A DNA stretch of 52,308 nt, the filler included, from Catajapyx aquilonaris (taxonomy: Eukaryota), in assembly GCA_000934665.2 (NCBI GenBank). It is 3 parts of 3 records of this genome, joined end to end, with 100 filler letters (N's around TTAATTAATTAA, not from the genome) between each part and the next. Parts side by side here need not be neighbours in the genome. Positions count along the whole stretch, not along the records: positions 35,597 to 52,308 come from JYFJ02007131.1; 2 more parts are not named here. One strand, given 5' to 3'. The notes below the pieces were generated by a model. It had not been told where the DNA came from. It ran no database searches and saw only the letters and a program-made list of their open reading frames with translations. Positions 49,981 to 52,308 of this stretch are shown in pieces (within the stretch, counting starts at the first letter, position 1; every line of letters starts with the position of its first letter). A program made the position numbers and the translations under genes.

Positions 49981-50354
49981 CTAAACTATATGTACTCTGA
50001 ATAATTTTGTATTCTACAATATGGTCGCCGCTCGCGTTAGTTCGAGAAAATACCCAGAGATGGCGCTCTCTCCGCTACCACCTATTGACAGTGGGTGCAA
50101 TTTTGGACCCACTGCAACTTACTACTAACTTTGAAGTACTGGTACTGCTAAAGTTAGCAGTATCTAGCAGTGGGACGAAAACTAGACACATTTTTTCGGA
50201 TAATAATCAGACCCCGGATAATCGGGAACACAATGTATTTCCAGCAATTTCCAGTGAGTAGTCTACTGCATGTATCACTCTCTTTGACTCGAATTACTCG
50301 GAGAGAAGTGCTTGTTAAAAACTATAGATGATTTTATGGTTAAGTCTCACTTAC

Positions 50355-50387
50355 CTCCACCACCTTCTGCGAGTTTAGCCGCTGCAC
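50355..50387 (-). CDS. Micro-exon 4 (33 nt): GAAAKLAEGGG
   Basis: TTTTTGCAG|GTGCAGCGGCTAAACTCGCAGAAGGTGGTGGAG|GTAAGTGAG. Confidence 0.82.
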
Positions 50388-50731
50388 CTGCAAAAAGATA
50401 AAAGACAATTAACTTCTCAATATTTGGACGTGAGTTTCTCGATATTACTTTCCGGCGTTTCGTGTCTGTTATGACCGACAGTCTGTTATAGCCGAGGCTG
50501 TTATATCCGGATTCGACGGTATTACATTCCCCAATCAACTGTTCTCCCGATTATCCGGACTAATGGCTGCACGGGTGTTGCCGGATGATCGGAAAACACG
50601 GATAATCGGGAGTACAGAGTATTTCCAGCAATTTCCAGTGAGTAGTCTACTGCATGCATCACTCTCTTTGACTCGAATTACTCGGAATGAAGTGCTTGTT
50701 AAAAACTAGATGATTTTATAGTCTCACTTAC

Positions 50732-50764
50732 CTCCAGTAGTTACGACGATATTAGCCGTTGTAC
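50732..50764 (-). CDS. Micro-exon 3 (33 nt): STTANIVVTTG
   Basis: TTTTTGCAG|GTACAACGGCTAATATCGTCGTAACTACTGGAG|GTAAGTGAG. Confidence 0.82.
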
Positions 50765-51106
50765 CTGCAAAAAGATAAAAGGCAATTAACTTTCTCAATA
50801 TTTGGACGTAAGTTTCTCGATATTACTTTCTGGCCTTTCGTGTCTGTTATGACCGAAAGTCTGTTACAGCCGAGGCTGTTATATTCGGATTCAACCGTAT
50901 TACATTCCCCAATCAACTGTTCTCCCGATTATCCGGGCTAATGGCTGCACGGGTGATCGGAAAACACGGATAATCGGGAGTACAGTGTATTTCCAACAAT
51001 TCCCAGTGAGTAGTCTGCTGCATGCATCACTCCCTTTGACTCGAATTACTCGGAAAGTGCTTGTTAAAAACTAGATGATACGGTATTATAGTTAAGTCTC
51101 ACTTAC

Positions 51107-51127
51107 TGCTGAGTGTAACCACTCCAC
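51107..51127 (-). CDS. Micro-exon 2 (21 nt): SGVVTLS
   Basis: TTTTTGCAG|GTGGAGTGGTTACACTCAGCA|GTAAGTGAG; 12 nt shorter, frame preserved. Confidence 0.78.
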
Positions 51128-51474
51128 CTGCAAAAAGATAAAAGACAATTAACTTTTTCAGTATTTGGAAGTAAGTTTCTCGATATTACTTTCCGACCTT
51201 TCGTGTCTGTTATGACCGAAAGTATGTTATAGCCGAGGCTGTTATATTCGGATTCAACGGTATTACATTCCCCAATCCACTGTTCCCCCGATTATCCAGG
51301 TTAATAGCAGCACGGGTGTTGCCGTATGATCGGAAAACACGGATAATCGGGAGTACACTGTATTTCCAACAATTTCCAATGAGTAGTCTGCTGCATGCAT
51401 CACTCTCTTTGACTCGAATTACTCGGAAAGTGCTTGTTAAAAACCAGATGATTTTATAGTTAAGTCTCACTTAC

Positions 51475-51507
51475 TTCGAATATTTGCTGCGAATAAAACC
51501 ACTGAAC
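51475..51507 (-). CDS. Micro-exon 1 in window (33 nt): xSVVLFAANIR
   Basis: TTTTTGCAG|GTTCAGTGGTTTTATTCGCAGCAAATATTCGAA|GTAAGTGAG. Confidence 0.8.
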
Positions 51508-52308
51508 CTGCAAAAAGATAAAAGAGAATTAACTTTCTCAATATTTGGACGTAAGTTTCTCGATATTACTTTCCGGCCTTTCGTGTCTGTTATAACCGAC
51601 AGTCTGTTATAGCCGAGGTTGTTATATCCAGATTCAACGATAATACATTCCCCAATCCAATGTTCTCCCGATTATCCGGGCTAATGGCTGCACGGGTGTT
51701 GCCGGATGATCGGAAAACGCAGATAATAATCGGAAAATGGTCATTGATATCGGAGCTGTGAGCAGGTTTTTAATAATTATGCTAGTGCTGTATAGACTAT
51801 CGAGAGTATGTCCTTTTGTTGAATAAAAATAATAAAACCCGTCAGAGATTATTTTTTACTTCGTCTTTTAGACAAATTTTCAAATATTATGTCATTCACG
51901 AGACATATTGTCAGTGGCTGCAATTTTCGTCCCATTGCTATACTTACTGCTAACTTAGCAGCACTGGTACTGCTAAGTTAGCAGTACCTAGCAGTGGGAC
52001 GAAAACTGGAAACATTTTTTTGGACTTTAATTTTAAATTATTTTTTTGGCGATGCACTGTTAATAAACCCCCGGATAATCGGGAGTAGACTGTAGTGTAT
52101 TTCCACGATTTCCAGTAAGTAGTCAACTGTATAATATGTATCACTCTCTTTGACTCGAATTTGGTTTTTGGTTGCGTTGACACCGCAGACCAATCATGAC
52201 TCATGTAAACAAAGTTGGGGGTTGTGAGCAGTCCCTCAGGTTCGCCAAGATGACCCCCCAGATGCGAGTCAGTAACCCCACCGACCCGCATCTCCTCCGC
52301 AGGGCAGG

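Larger units (their letters stand above)
47455..50083. mobile_element. TIR element (AGGTGGTA...TACCACCT) inserted in the intron unit and hosting nested elements
   Basis: Splits the intron consensus GAGACATAT/TGACAGTGG; inner inverted match GCGGCCATATTG / CAATATGGTCGC. Confidence 0.65.
35628..52160 (-). repeat. Tandemly duplicated conserved intron unit (~345-nt short form, ~700-nt long form) separating micro-exons
   Basis: Plus-strand unit CTGCAAAAAGATAAAAGACAATTAACTTTCTC...GATTTTATAGTTAAGTCTCACTTAC. Uninterrupted copies are 50388-50731 (344 nt), 50765-51106 (342), 51128-51474 (347) and 41631-42337 (707). Confidence 0.95.

Noticed and set aside
35597..52160. CRISPR array (conserved repeats with ~33-nt unique spacers)
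   Set aside because: Repeats are 340-700 nt, there are no cas genes and the context is eukaryotic. The spacers are homologous to each other, codon-structured and bounded by splice signals.

Overview
Eukaryotic (animal, most likely arthropod) genomic DNA: repeat-rich, with spliceosomal introns and two assembly gaps. 1-19 kb is mostly DNA-transposon debris (mariner, Sola, hAT, P-like MITEs, a SINE), plus a decayed tandem C2H2 zinc-finger exon array and a repeat-rich membrane-anchored ORF. 19.6-31.8 kb is a gene cluster. It holds an ankyrin exon, a spliced gene fusing about 10 ankyrin repeats to a PERK-like eIF2alpha kinase domain followed by more ankyrin repeats, a class-B DnaJ/Hsp40 gene, and an intronless divergent ionotropic receptor. 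The most striking feature is invisible to the ORF track and spans 35.6-52.2 kb. A conserved ~345-bp (or ~700-bp) repeat separates short variable segments, superficially CRISPR-like. On the minus strand these segments are ten micro-exons (eight of 33 nt, one of 21 nt, one cut by a gap), each flanked by TTTTTGCAG and, except the gap-truncated one, GTAAGTGAG. All are in phase 1 and open only in that frame. They encode 11-residue G/A/V-rich repeats, with third codon positions almost invariant while first and second positions vary. The introns carry many nested transposons, none of which hits an exon or splice site. All calls are from reading the sequence by eye; no searches were run.
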